Below, in pieces: positions 55,006-64,000 of a stretch of 64,000 nt of DNA. Below the pieces are notes generated by a model. It did no database searches and had not been told where the DNA came from. It saw only the letters and a program-made list of their open reading frames with translations. How positions within the stretch are numbered: position 1 is the stretch's first letter; every line of letters begins with the position of its first letter. The position numbers were made by a program, and so were the translations under genes. The DNA is from a virus (Duplodnaviria > Caudoviricetes): IMG/VR virus record IMGVR_UViG_3300024252_000005; one strand, given 5' to 3'.

Positions 55006-57561
55006 ATGCCAAAGTATATTCTCAACACAAAGGGTAAAATTGTTGAAAGAGATAGTCCTGATTCTGAAAGGGATGCTACAGAGTTAGCAGGAGAATATAC
55101 AGGTAAAGCTGGCTCATATTATGAAGATAAAATTGGTGGTGTTTTATCTAATGTTAATTTGCCATTCACTACATCTGCTGCTAGTCTTCTAAATTCAGGT
55201 AATGATGAAAAAAAACATACAATAGGAAGTGTTACACCTAGTTTTACTAATTTACCAAATGGTGAAAATGATATATTTCCAGAGAGAAAAGATAATAACT
55301 TTTTGATTAATCCATCTTTTGGTGCTGATAAGCCTGTAAAATTTCATAAAAACTTTAATGATTACTTAAATAGCGAAGATCCTCCTAAACTTAGCTCTCA
55401 TAGCTCTATATTCGCAGATGAGCTTGAAATGATAGCAGGACTTGAATTTAATAGTTTTGGAGTAACTGACTTTTCTAGACTTCTGTTTGTCTTTGATTAT
55501 ATTTTTGAAGCAATAGCTTATATTGCTGTTATAGAAGGTATATTAGCTACAGAAAAATTAATTGTAGGTAGTGATGGCAAAACAACAAACGATGTCATGG
55601 AAGACTATCAAATGGAACTAGGTAATTATGGTCCTGTAAGTTATAATGTGCTTTCTAGATTCATATATGATGTTCTTCAATATCCCAAAGACAAGAGAAG
55701 TACAGGAATAGATGAAAGAATAGGAGCTTTTATTGTTGGTTTATCATTCTATGTAAATTCTGACCCAAAGTTTTTTATGAAAAAGTTCGGATCAGAATTG
55801 CACAAAAAAGAATCAAAAGAAAAAAGGCAACTAGCAAGTGGTATAAAATATCTGCCCATAATATCAGAAATTGCTTATTATTTTATAGAAAGTATTTCAA
55901 CATTATCTAAAATAGGTCAAAATAGACTTTTTATGTTGATTAGAAGATTTCATCAAAAAGCAGACTGGCATAAAAATGTTTTATATAAAGCAAAGTCAAA
56001 GAGTCCAGAAAACTTTGTTGATAAGTTTATTGTTGAGTTAAACTACTATTATGTAAAGTTTATTATAGAGAGAATGAATATAGGCCTAAAGTTAAAAAAC
56101 TACTATAAACATTTAGATGGTAACACAAAAAAATTTAATAGATCAGCAAGGCTTAAAGATAGCTCTAATGGTTTAAATATTTTAAAGTACGATAGGAGTA
56201 GTAAAACTTTAAAAATAGAAGATTTTGTCTCTAATAATAATCATATAAAAAACAAAAATGAAACAAGACAAAGTATGTCAAACTCAGCTCTACCTCAAGC
56301 TTTCATTTTACCTGATTCTTTTATACGAAGTATGGGTGTAAAAGAAAGCACAGATGGAAATGTAAAGTTGTTCTCAAAAGCATTTGCTGAAGAGCATGTG
56401 AGTTCATATTTTATTAATACTAGTAAAAGTCAAGAAAGACTTTCACCGCAAGTAGTTGCTGAGATGGAAGAATACTACGAAAAAGAAATGATGCCATTCT
56501 ACTTTCAGGATTTAAGAACAAATGAAATTATTGGGTTTCATGCCTTTATTGACTCTATAACAGATAACTTTAACCCTAATTACAACCCTACAAAGGGATT
56601 TGGTAGAATTGATGCAGTTCAGCATTATATTGATACAACAAGAAACGTTAATGTTACGTTTACATTAGCAGCTATGTCCAAAGAAGATCATGATTTAATG
56701 TGGTATCAAATAAATAAAATTGTATCTATGTGTTATCCACAATGGTCAGAAGGATTTAAAAAGAAAACAAAAGATGGCGAAAAAGTAACAGAAGATCAAT
56801 TTGGTAAAGTTTTTCCTTTTACTCAAGTTCCTACAGCTTCACCTTTAATAAGAATGAGAATAGGTGACGTGATAAAGTCAAACTATACAAAGCATGCAAT
56901 TGAAAAACTTCACGGCAGCGGTAACAAAGAATATATTCCAGAAGATCGAATGGGAAAAGCAATTGTTGATCAAAAAGCTACTGAATATTATCTTTTGCCA
57001 GGTGAGTATAAGAGATTTGATGCTAATACTTTTCATATAGTAAAAGAGTTGCTATTTTTAGATCCAATTCTTTTTAGAATAGAACATCAAGGCAATGAAA
57101 AGTTTTCTACAATAGATTTTGGGCAAGATGGTAAAGTTGAAGTTGATAATAAAAGCATAGTAGAGTATATAAAACCAGTCTTTGTAAAACAAGTTTACAA
57201 AGAGAAAGACTATCAAAAATACACAAAAGCCTTTAAAGATTATACAAAAGCTTATGATAAAGCTGACAATGTAAATAATCCTGTAACAGCTGCGTATGAG
57301 ACAACATTAGGAAAGGGTTTGGCTGGCTTTATAACAATGTTGGATGTTAATTATAATGATCAATTATGGGAAACAGAAGTTGTAGGGTCAAAAGCGCCTA
57401 AGCTTGTTAAGCTAACTATTAACTTTGCACCTATACACGACATACCACCTGGGCTTGATGCAGATGGATCAATGAGAGCTCCTGTTTATAATACTGGACG
57501 CATTATTAACACAATGTATGGTGATGTATATGATAAAAAAGAAGTTAAAAACAGAGACTAA
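55006..57561 (+). CDS. Baseplate/tail-tube initiator-like protein (gp48/gp54-like C-terminal half)
   Basis: PFYFQDLR...FHAFIDSITDNF...GFGRIDAVQHYIDTTRNVNVTF...SPLIRMRIGD...GFITMLDVNY...PKLVKLTINFAPIHD; position after the tape measure gene. Confidence 0.6.
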   Translation: MPKYILNTKGKIVERDSPDSERDATELAGEYTGKAGSYYEDKIGGVLSNVNLPFTTSAASLLNSGNDEKKHTIGSVTPSFTNLPNGENDIFPERKDNNFLINPSFGADKPVKFHKNFNDYLNSEDPPKLSSHSSIFADELEMIAGLEFNSFGVTDFSRLLFVFDYIFEAIAYIAVIEGILATEKLIVGSDGKTTNDVMEDYQMELGNYGPVSYNVLSRFIYDVLQYPKDKRSTGIDERIGAFIVGLSFYVNSDPKFFMKKFGSELHKKESKEKRQLASGIKYLPIISEIAYYFIESISTLSKIGQNRLFMLIRRFHQKADWHKNVLYKAKSKSPENFVDKFIVELNYYYVKFIIERMNIGLKLKNYYKHLDGNTKKFNRSARLKDSSNGLNILKYDRSSKTLKIEDFVSNNNHIKNKNETRQSMSNSALPQAFILPDSFIRSMGVKESTDGNVKLFSKAFAEEHVSSYFINTSKSQERLSPQVVAEMEEYYEKEMMPFYFQDLRTNEIIGFHAFIDSITDNFNPNYNPTKGFGRIDAVQHYIDTTRNVNVTFTLAAMSKEDHDLMWYQINKIVSMCYPQWSEGFKKKTKDGEKVTEDQFGKVFPFTQVPTASPLIRMRIGDVIKSNYTKHAIEKLHGSGNKEYIPEDRMGKAIVDQKATEYYLLPGEYKRFDANTFHIVKELLFLDPILFRIEHQGNEKFSTIDFGQDGKVEVDNKSIVEYIKPVFVKQVYKEKDYQKYTKAFKDYTKAYDKADNVNNPVTAAYETTLGKGLAGFITMLDVNYNDQLWETEVVGSKAPKLVKLTINFAPIHDIPPGLDADGSMRAPVYNTGRIINTMYGDVYDKKEVKNRD

Positions 57562-57572
57562 AGGAATAGCAA

Positions 57573-57854
57573 ATGCCTATTAGAAGATATGTTAGATCAA
57601 CAGGTGGAGAGTTAAGTATATCAAACGAGATATATAGAGCTGTTCAGAATAATACAATATCTTTCAAAACTCAAACAACAACATCGGGTGATAGACTAGA
57701 TCATATAGCATTTAAAGAATATAAAGATGCACAATATTGGTGGATTATTGCTGCAGCAAGTGGAATAGGTTGGTGGTTACAAGTACCTGAAGGTGTTGTT
57801 TTGAATATTCCTACAAATCTTGACCAAGTTGAAAATCTAAGTGAGAATCTATAA
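57573..57854 (+). CDS. LysM-like baseplate wedge protein (gp53-like)
   Basis: TSGDRLDHIAFKEYKDAQYWWIIAAASGI...VPEGVVLNIP. Confidence 0.8.
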   Translation: MPIRRYVRSTGGELSISNEIYRAVQNNTISFKTQTTTSGDRLDHIAFKEYKDAQYWWIIAAASGIGWWLQVPEGVVLNIPTNLDQVENLSENL

Positions 57855-60800
57855 TGACAACGGGCCCAGACAAATTAACAGCTTCAAAAGAAATTGATAA
57901 AATTAATTATGGCAGATCTTTTAATGTATTAGAAAATGCTAACGCTAGCGATTATTTGCAATCATTTTCTTACGAGGAAATTATTAAAAGAAATTTTAAT
58001 AAAAAAGACTCAGAGCTTAATCAAATGAGCAGAGATTCAAAAGACAAGTTTTTTGTCATGTTGTCAAATATATTCCAATCTGTAACAACAAAAGGATTTA
58101 CTACTTATGAAATTGTAGAATACATTAGTGATTCTATGAAAGAAATAAGTGGTAAAGATAAAATAATAATTAAAAGTGTCCTAAGCAATACATTGGCAGT
58201 TTTCCATAAAGATTACTCAACTGATCCTAATATAAACGATGAAGTAGCAAAATTAATACTTTACTCAAAAGGCTCAGAAGTACAAAATCAATTCGGTACT
58301 GCTAATGGTCAAAAAACAGATGATTATAATACATCAAAATTAATAAACTTTGATACTGATGACAAGACTAAGTCTAAAAAAACAGAAAAAGATAAAAGTA
58401 TTTTTTCAAAACTAAATACAGAGCATCAAAGCCCTAGGAAAGATGCTCCTTCACTTTCTGTTGTTATGTTGAATGATAGAAATTTAAGATGTGGCACAAG
58501 AAATGCTTTAGAAATATCTTCTTTTTTTAATTTAATTACAACATTAGAGTATGCTAAAGCTTATCCGTTTTTCAATGCAACATTTATCCTACCAAATCAA
58601 TCCAAGCAAGATGTAACAAATATATTTAAAACAGCTACACTAAATCAATTTATGTTTGGTTCAAGGAAAGAAGGCACTACTAGCAGCTATAAAGACTTTG
58701 AGGGTGCTATAGTAAAAGATGACGATAAAATAGGCGTAAATACAAATCTTTCAGTTTTCATGCATCCACAAACAATGGTTAATATGAATGAGAAGACTGG
58801 TCATAGAGATGTTTATAATTCTAAAGATAAGCGCCTTAGAATAACTTCTATTCATGACAAAACAAGGCCTTTTATGACGCTTAAAGACTTTACTATTGAT
58901 GTGTCCCCAACTAAAGGTCTAATGTCTTTTAAGACTGGTAAAATATCTTTAGTTTTGCACGATAGAACTAGAATGGCAGATATTGCGCCTTTTATTAAAC
59001 CAGATTTATTTGGTGCTTTTGGCGCTGAAATTGCAGTTGAATATGGCTGGATACACAATAGCGGACAAGAAAAAGACAAAAATGGTAACTTTATAAATCC
59101 TATTGGCGCTTTTTTAGATTCTTCTAGATGCATTGAAAAGTATATTATCGTAAACTCACAGTTTACAATTGAAAACAATGGTCAAGTAAACATAAATCTT
59201 TCAATAGCAATGAAAGGACCAGTTGATGTTAGACAGACAGAGATATTTTCTGATGCTGAAAAGCTTGTTCAAAAAAATAAATTTGATTCTGCTTACACAA
59301 GATATTCAGAATTAATTTTTGAATTAAAAAAAATAATTGGAGGTAGCGCTTCTCCTTTTAACTTTAATACAACAGTTAGCAATGCTAGCAACTTATTTCA
59401 GGGTAAAACTGTACAAAAGAGAAACGTTAAAAGTTTAAAAAGTGCTATTAGAAAAATCGATAGTGCTATATCAACTTTTAATAAATTTGCACTTTCTGAT
59501 GATAAACACATTATATCTTCGAAAAACGCAGCGATCCCTCCCGCCAAAATAAATGCAATGACACCTTATTTTAGCGGTATTACAATTTCAAGCAATGCAA
59601 CTTTTAATAATAATAATCAAATAGTAGTAGGTGAAAATGAAGCAGAAAGTGTATATTCTTTACTTTCTAGTATTAAAACACAAATTTCAAGAATTAGAAC
59701 GATTCTTAGAGGCTTTGTAATATCTATTGACAGCTTTGAAGAGAGAATTCAAAACTATACAAAGTCTTTAATTGGTGGCACAGAAAGTGAAATGTTTAAT
59801 GACAAAGTCTTTGCAAAAGATAATGAAGCTCTGTTACCAGCATCTTATAGTCATAAAAACTATATAACTCTTGGAACATTTATTTCTTCGTTAGTAGGCA
59901 CTCATATGGTATCTACAGAAAAATATGACGAAATACAGCTCATATTTCATACAGTTAATGAAAAATCTGGTTTAGCAGGAAAGAATAATTTAAACATTGC
60001 ATCATTACCTATAAAAAAAGATTTTCTTGAAGCTTTTTTAAGAAATCTTTTTGAAAAAAATGCTAGACTAACTCTTGAGTCACTCATAAGTCAAGTAATT
60101 ATTAATTTTGTTTTAACAAAAGACAACCCATATTATGGCTTGAGTGATATTTTTTCTAGAAAAGAATTTAACTCCCCCGTTAAAGAAAGTTCGCCAAAAA
60201 GAAAGAGAGCAGTTAAAGATACACCAGACGAAAGACTTAACAAGATATACTATGGCGATGACAAGGATTCATACGAAAAAAATCCACAGTTTATACCACC
60301 TTCAGTGCATTTGACATTTGATACTTTAACAAACCCAGACAACGATTCTTTTGAAAGAACTATATGTAGAATTACTGTATATGATAGAAATGATAATCCG
60401 TATCAAGAACTTTCAAATATATATAATAGTAATATAAAAAAAGACTTCAATAGGATAAATGCACTTTCTAGATTGATAAACAAACAAAAAAATATTGAAT
60501 CTAAAATAAAAGCTTATGAAAGCACAAGGCCTAGAACAAGAAGAGATAGAAGAAGTAAAAAGAAAAATCTAACAAAATTAAAAAAAGAATTAGCTAAACA
60601 TAACAAAGGATCAATAACAGATATACAAACAAAAGTTTTAGAGTTAACTGAAGGCCAAGATGCACTTTTTGAGCAAGTAACAGAAAATGGTGAAACTTTT
60701 TATAGATTTAGAGAAGGTGTACAATTTACTGATTTAAAAGAAAAGTATAAATATATAATACCTTCAGCTACGTTTGCAACACAGAATACTGCTCTTATTA

Positions 60801-62896
60801 GTGCATCTGTTGCGACAGTAAACGAAGCTAAGTTAAATACTGTTTATATAACAAGAGCTGATAGAAATAAAACATCTGAGTTAAACCAAAATGTGTTGGT
60901 TGATATGCCTTTGAGGATATTACCAGCCCAAGCAAGCGTCGAGATGTTTGGTTGTCCATGGGTTAACTTCGGTCAGTATATTTTTCTTGATTTTGAAACA
61001 GGCACAACAATTGACAATACGTATGCAGTTACAGGCATACAACATACAATAACTCCTGGCAAGTTTACAACACGTCTTTCGTTGAGTTATGGTGATGTAT
61101 ATGGAAAATATGAAGGATTTGCTGATACGTTTAGTCAAGCAATAAATAAGCTTCCGAAGACCCCTGATACTAAGCAAGAAAAAACAAAAAAAACGCAGGG
61201 CAAGAAGAAACAAAATGAGCCACAAATAGCAAAAATGTCTACAACAAAAATTTCAGATTTGGAAGATAAGACAACACAAATTACAGAAATGCCTACAACA
61301 CAAATTACAGAAATGCCTACAACACAAATTACAGATTTGGAAGATAAGTCAACACCACTTAGAAATATAACAGAAATACAAAAAATTAAATTAGCTAAAA
61401 AAAATAAGAAAGTTCGTACAATAACGCAAAATATTTTTGAATTTTCTATTGAAGACATTTTTAAAATAAATACTCCTGAAATTTTTGTTGATTTTTTAAG
61501 AATATTTAGTATCAGTCATGAAGGCAATGATATTTTAAATGCTAATGCTATTTTTAATTTTATAATAGGTGATAAGAATAAAAATAGCAAATTAATTAAT
61601 AAAATTATTAAAAACTATAATATATTAAATATTATAATTACTAAAGATAAAAATGCTAAAAATGTTTCATTTAAATCGAAGATCGTAAACAAAAAAAATA
61701 AAATAAGAACTTCTAATGCCAGATTTAATAGCAGACAACTTAAAGATAATTTTAAACAAATTTTAATTGACATTATCTGTCCTACAGATATTGCTGACTT
61801 TAGTATCACTTTAGATTTTGTTATTAATGCTATTAATAATGATTTTATAAAAAACAAAGTTAAACTTAATAATGAACGCAATTATTCTAGGCTTGAGAAA
61901 ATAGATGAAAAAGGTAGATTATTTAATAGCTATGATTCAAAAAATCATATAATTAAAGAAAAAATAAGAAAAACAGTATACGATGATCCTGAAAATAATT
62001 TGCAAGATGATGATTACTATAAGTACATGTTTTTAATAGTAGAAAAATATAAAAATTATGAAAATTTTTCAATTAAAACAAGAGACTTTAGTAGTATATT
62101 AAATATTAATTTAAACTACAAAGAATCTAGTAATTCTTTTATCTTTAGTTACAAGCTAAAACAAGACATAGATAATTTTGGAAAACTTTTTGTACCTAGA
62201 GATATTTCTAAATCTATTGAATTAAGCAAATTAATAAATGTCCCAAATTCTTTATATCTTAAAGAATTTATTCAAAAGAAAAAAGACAATAATTTTTTAA
62301 TTTTACTGAAAGATGAATCAGGTAAAAAATATTTTAAACTTTTTGATAAACAAGCAAAAGACACAAAATTCAATGAAAAAGAAATTTTTATTTCATATGC
62401 TAAAATGTATCATCTAATATATGAACAAAAGTTTAAAATGATTTATTCACAATTTGAAATTACAAAAAATCAAAAAGATATGCAAGTCTATCTTGAACAA
62501 AATTATATGCTAATACCAGAAAAACCTGTAGATTTAAAAGTTAAAGAATTATCTATATTCAATGTTAAAGGTTATAGCTTAAATTTAATTGAAATTAACA
62601 ATATTATGAAATTACAACAATCTAGTCGAATGGTAAGAAATATTATTGTAAGAAAATCTATAAATAAATATGAAGTAAATGCTGCGTGGAAAGCCATTTT
62701 TAGTTTAGGTGAAGAAATTACAACACTAGAAAACTTTTTTATAATCAAGATTAAAGAAGAAGATTTATCTGAAGTGATAAGTGCAATTGTATTAAAATTA
62801 TCAGATAGGATCTATAGAGAAAAATTTAAGCATATTTTAGCTGCTCTTACAACATACAGCGAAATAAAACTTGGCAAATCATATGTTTTAAATTAA
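57854..62896 (+). CDS. Baseplate hub protein (gp27/VgrG-like) with a long C-terminal extension
   Basis: Follows the LysM gene. IAVEYGW and ASVEMFGCPWVNFGQYIFLDFETGTTIDNTYAVTGIQHTITPGKFTTRLSL are hub C-terminal patterns; about 590 further residues have no recognisable family. Confidence 0.6.
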   Translation: MTTGPDKLTASKEIDKINYGRSFNVLENANASDYLQSFSYEEIIKRNFNKKDSELNQMSRDSKDKFFVMLSNIFQSVTTKGFTTYEIVEYISDSMKEISGKDKIIIKSVLSNTLAVFHKDYSTDPNINDEVAKLILYSKGSEVQNQFGTANGQKTDDYNTSKLINFDTDDKTKSKKTEKDKSIFSKLNTEHQSPRKDAPSLSVVMLNDRNLRCGTRNALEISSFFNLITTLEYAKAYPFFNATFILPNQSKQDVTNIFKTATLNQFMFGSRKEGTTSSYKDFEGAIVKDDDKIGVNTNLSVFMHPQTMVNMNEKTGHRDVYNSKDKRLRITSIHDKTRPFMTLKDFTIDVSPTKGLMSFKTGKISLVLHDRTRMADIAPFIKPDLFGAFGAEIAVEYGWIHNSGQEKDKNGNFINPIGAFLDSSRCIEKYIIVNSQFTIENNGQVNINLSIAMKGPVDVRQTEIFSDAEKLVQKNKFDSAYTRYSELIFELKKIIGGSASPFNFNTTVSNASNLFQGKTVQKRNVKSLKSAIRKIDSAISTFNKFALSDDKHIISSKNAAIPPAKINAMTPYFSGITISSNATFNNNNQIVVGENEAESVYSLLSSIKTQISRIRTILRGFVISIDSFEERIQNYTKSLIGGTESEMFNDKVFAKDNEALLPASYSHKNYITLGTFISSLVGTHMVSTEKYDEIQLIFHTVNEKSGLAGKNNLNIASLPIKKDFLEAFLRNLFEKNARLTLESLISQVIINFVLTKDNPYYGLSDIFSRKEFNSPVKESSPKRKRAVKDTPDERLNKIYYGDDKDSYEKNPQFIPPSVHLTFDTLTNPDNDSFERTICRITVYDRNDNPYQELSNIYNSNIKKDFNRINALSRLINKQKNIESKIKAYESTRPRTRRDRRSKKKNLTKLKKELAKHNKGSITDIQTKVLELTEGQDALFEQVTENGETFYRFREGVQFTDLKEKYKYIIPSATFATQNTALISASVATVNEAKLNTVYITRADRNKTSELNQNVLVDMPLRILPAQASVEMFGCPWVNFGQYIFLDFETGTTIDNTYAVTGIQHTITPGKFTTRLSLSYGDVYGKYEGFADTFSQAINKLPKTPDTKQEKTKKTQGKKKQNEPQIAKMSTTKISDLEDKTTQITEMPTTQITEMPTTQITDLEDKSTPLRNITEIQKIKLAKKNKKVRTITQNIFEFSIEDIFKINTPEIFVDFLRIFSISHEGNDILNANAIFNFIIGDKNKNSKLINKIIKNYNILNIIITKDKNAKNVSFKSKIVNKKNKIRTSNARFNSRQLKDNFKQILIDIICPTDIADFSITLDFVINAINNDFIKNKVKLNNERNYSRLEKIDEKGRLFNSYDSKNHIIKEKIRKTVYDDPENNLQDDDYYKYMFLIVEKYKNYENFSIKTRDFSSILNINLNYKESSNSFIFSYKLKQDIDNFGKLFVPRDISKSIELSKLINVPNSLYLKEFIQKKKDNNFLILLKDESGKKYFKLFDKQAKDTKFNEKEIFISYAKMYHLIYEQKFKMIYSQFEITKNQKDMQVYLEQNYMLIPEKPVDLKVKELSIFNVKGYSLNLIEINNIMKLQQSSRMVRNIIVRKSINKYEVNAAWKAIFSLGEEITTLENFFIIKIKEEDLSEVISAIVLKLSDRIYREKFKHILAALTTYSEIKLGKSYVLN
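61241..61348 (+). repeat. In-frame tandem repeat (30-24-24-30 nt) in the hub gene
   Basis: ACAACACAAATTACAGAAATGCCT occurs twice (61271-61318), flanked by two near-identical 30-mers ending GATTTGGAAGATAAG. Encodes TTKISDLEDK TTQITEMP TTQITEMP TTQITDLEDK. Confidence 0.9.
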
Positions 62897-62932
62897 ATGT
62901 AAATTTAAACTTTAAATTATAATATACGATAT

Positions 62933-64000
62933 ATGAATATTGATAATTTAAAGTTATATAAAATAAAAAGATTAGATAAGTATAAAAAATATACTCACTT
63001 TTTTAATTGCATATATGAAAGTTGTTTTGACTTATTAGAAACTTTACCTAAAAACGTAAAGTTAGAATATGAAGAAGATCTAATATGCTCAATAAATGAA
63101 GCAGAAAATTTAGATAAAGAATCAGACTATTTAAATAAGTTTAAAAGCTATAACTTTCTATTTGACAATTTAAATGCAGGAAAAATTAATGCTTTGACGT
63201 ACAAAGCTTTTCTAGAAGTAGAGCAAAATGAAACAATTAAAAGTATACTAAGAACGTTTAAACCTGTAGATTCGTATGCTAAAAAAGTATCTTATAATAG
63301 AGTTAGCAACGTATCAGGTCGGCTTGTTGTAAATAACGGGCCTAACATACTAACACTACCAAAAAGATGCAGATCTATTCTTGAGTCAAGATTTAAAAGT
63401 GGAAAAATAATGAGTGTTGACTTTAATGCGCTAGAGCCTAGGCTATGCTTAAAGTTAAACAATAAAGACACAGAAGGTGACATATATAATTTAATAAATA
63501 ACATGTTAGAGTATGATGATATTGATAGATCTGTTATTAAAAGAGCCATAATATCAGTTTTGTATGGCGCACATTATTCTTCTTTAAAAAATATATCTCC
63601 TGAGAAGGCAAAAGAAATATTTGATTGTATTAAAGAGATGTTCGGAGTTAATAATATACTTGAAATATCAAAAAACATAGATTCTCTTGGGTTTAGAAGA
63701 AACTATTTCGGTAGACCTTTATGGAATCTAGAAGAAGACAAAGAGCATATATTAATAAATAATTATATACAGTCATCAGCTGTAGATATTGCATTGACTT
63801 ATTTTACAGATCTGGTTAAAGAAGTAGATAATAATTTAGCTGTTCCTTTGTATATACTTCATGATGCTATTATATTCGATGTTTCAGATGAGTATTCAAA
63901 TAATTTTGTAAATATTATTAAAAATGGGTATAATAATGACAAACTTGGTAAATTTCCTCTAAAGATAGAAATATTTAATCATAATATTAGAGGAGAATAA
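62933..64000 (+). CDS. Short family-A DNA polymerase (polymerase domain only)
   Basis: SGRL...GPNILTLP, motif A VDFNALEPR, motif B RSVIKRAIISVLYGA, NNYIQSSAVD and motif C ILHDAIIFD; 355 aa ending in TAA at 63998-64000. Confidence 0.8.
   Translation: MNIDNLKLYKIKRLDKYKKYTHFFNCIYESCFDLLETLPKNVKLEYEEDLICSINEAENLDKESDYLNKFKSYNFLFDNLNAGKINALTYKAFLEVEQNETIKSILRTFKPVDSYAKKVSYNRVSNVSGRLVVNNGPNILTLPKRCRSILESRFKSGKIMSVDFNALEPRLCLKLNNKDTEGDIYNLINNMLEYDDIDRSVIKRAIISVLYGAHYSSLKNISPEKAKEIFDCIKEMFGVNNILEISKNIDSLGFRRNYFGRPLWNLEEDKEHILINNYIQSSAVDIALTYFTDLVKEVDNNLAVPLYILHDAIIFDVSDEYSNNFVNIIKNGYNNDKLGKFPLKIEIFNHNIRGE

Noticed and set aside
38341-62896. Tailocin, eCIS or T6SS locus (suggested by multiple sheaths)
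   Set aside because: TerL, portal, protease, scaffold, MCP and neck genes are in the same contiguous module, so this is a phage.
807-63549. Numerous 60-240-aa minus-strand ORFs in the track (e.g. 807-1073, 22043-22327, 51201-51926, 63292-63549)
   Set aside because: They lie wholly antisense to well-supported genes, lack SD sites and motifs, and show the Ser/Leu/Phe-rich composition of shadow frames.
1-64000. Alternative genetic code (stop-codon reassignment)
   Set aside because: Conserved genes are full length under code 11, coding density is high, and TAA, TAG and TGA all end genes at sensible positions.

Overview
A 64-kb, AT-rich, almost entirely + strand segment of a large T4-superfamily-like contractile-tailed phage. 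It is not a tailocin, eCIS or T6SS, because terminase, portal, prohead protease, scaffold and capsid genes are all present. Gene order: baseplate/tail-fibre-type genes (1-7142); a DNA-processing block (RuvC-like resolvase, primase, fused Mre11/SbcD-Rad50/SbcC); TerL; a portal interrupted by a 377-aa HNH intein; protease, core proteins, scaffold and major capsid protein; an accessory island (25.1-34.8 kb); neck and tail-completion genes; three tail-sheath paralogues around one tail-tube gene; a chaperone pair with a probable +1 frameshift; tape measure, baseplate and hub genes; and a short family-A DNA polymerase. The strongest candidate for a new system is a set of unrelated proteins, including a protein-kinase-like enzyme. 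They share a short amphipathic leader ending in [LI]-x-E, resembling the T4 capsid-targeting/prohead-protease signal, and several follow a recurring ATANTTA motif. This suggests a packaged-and-injected cargo set. A GC-rich structured leader RNA candidate lies at about 32415-32498. All family assignments come from motifs recognised by eye; no searches were run. No tRNA, rRNA or CRISPR array was seen.
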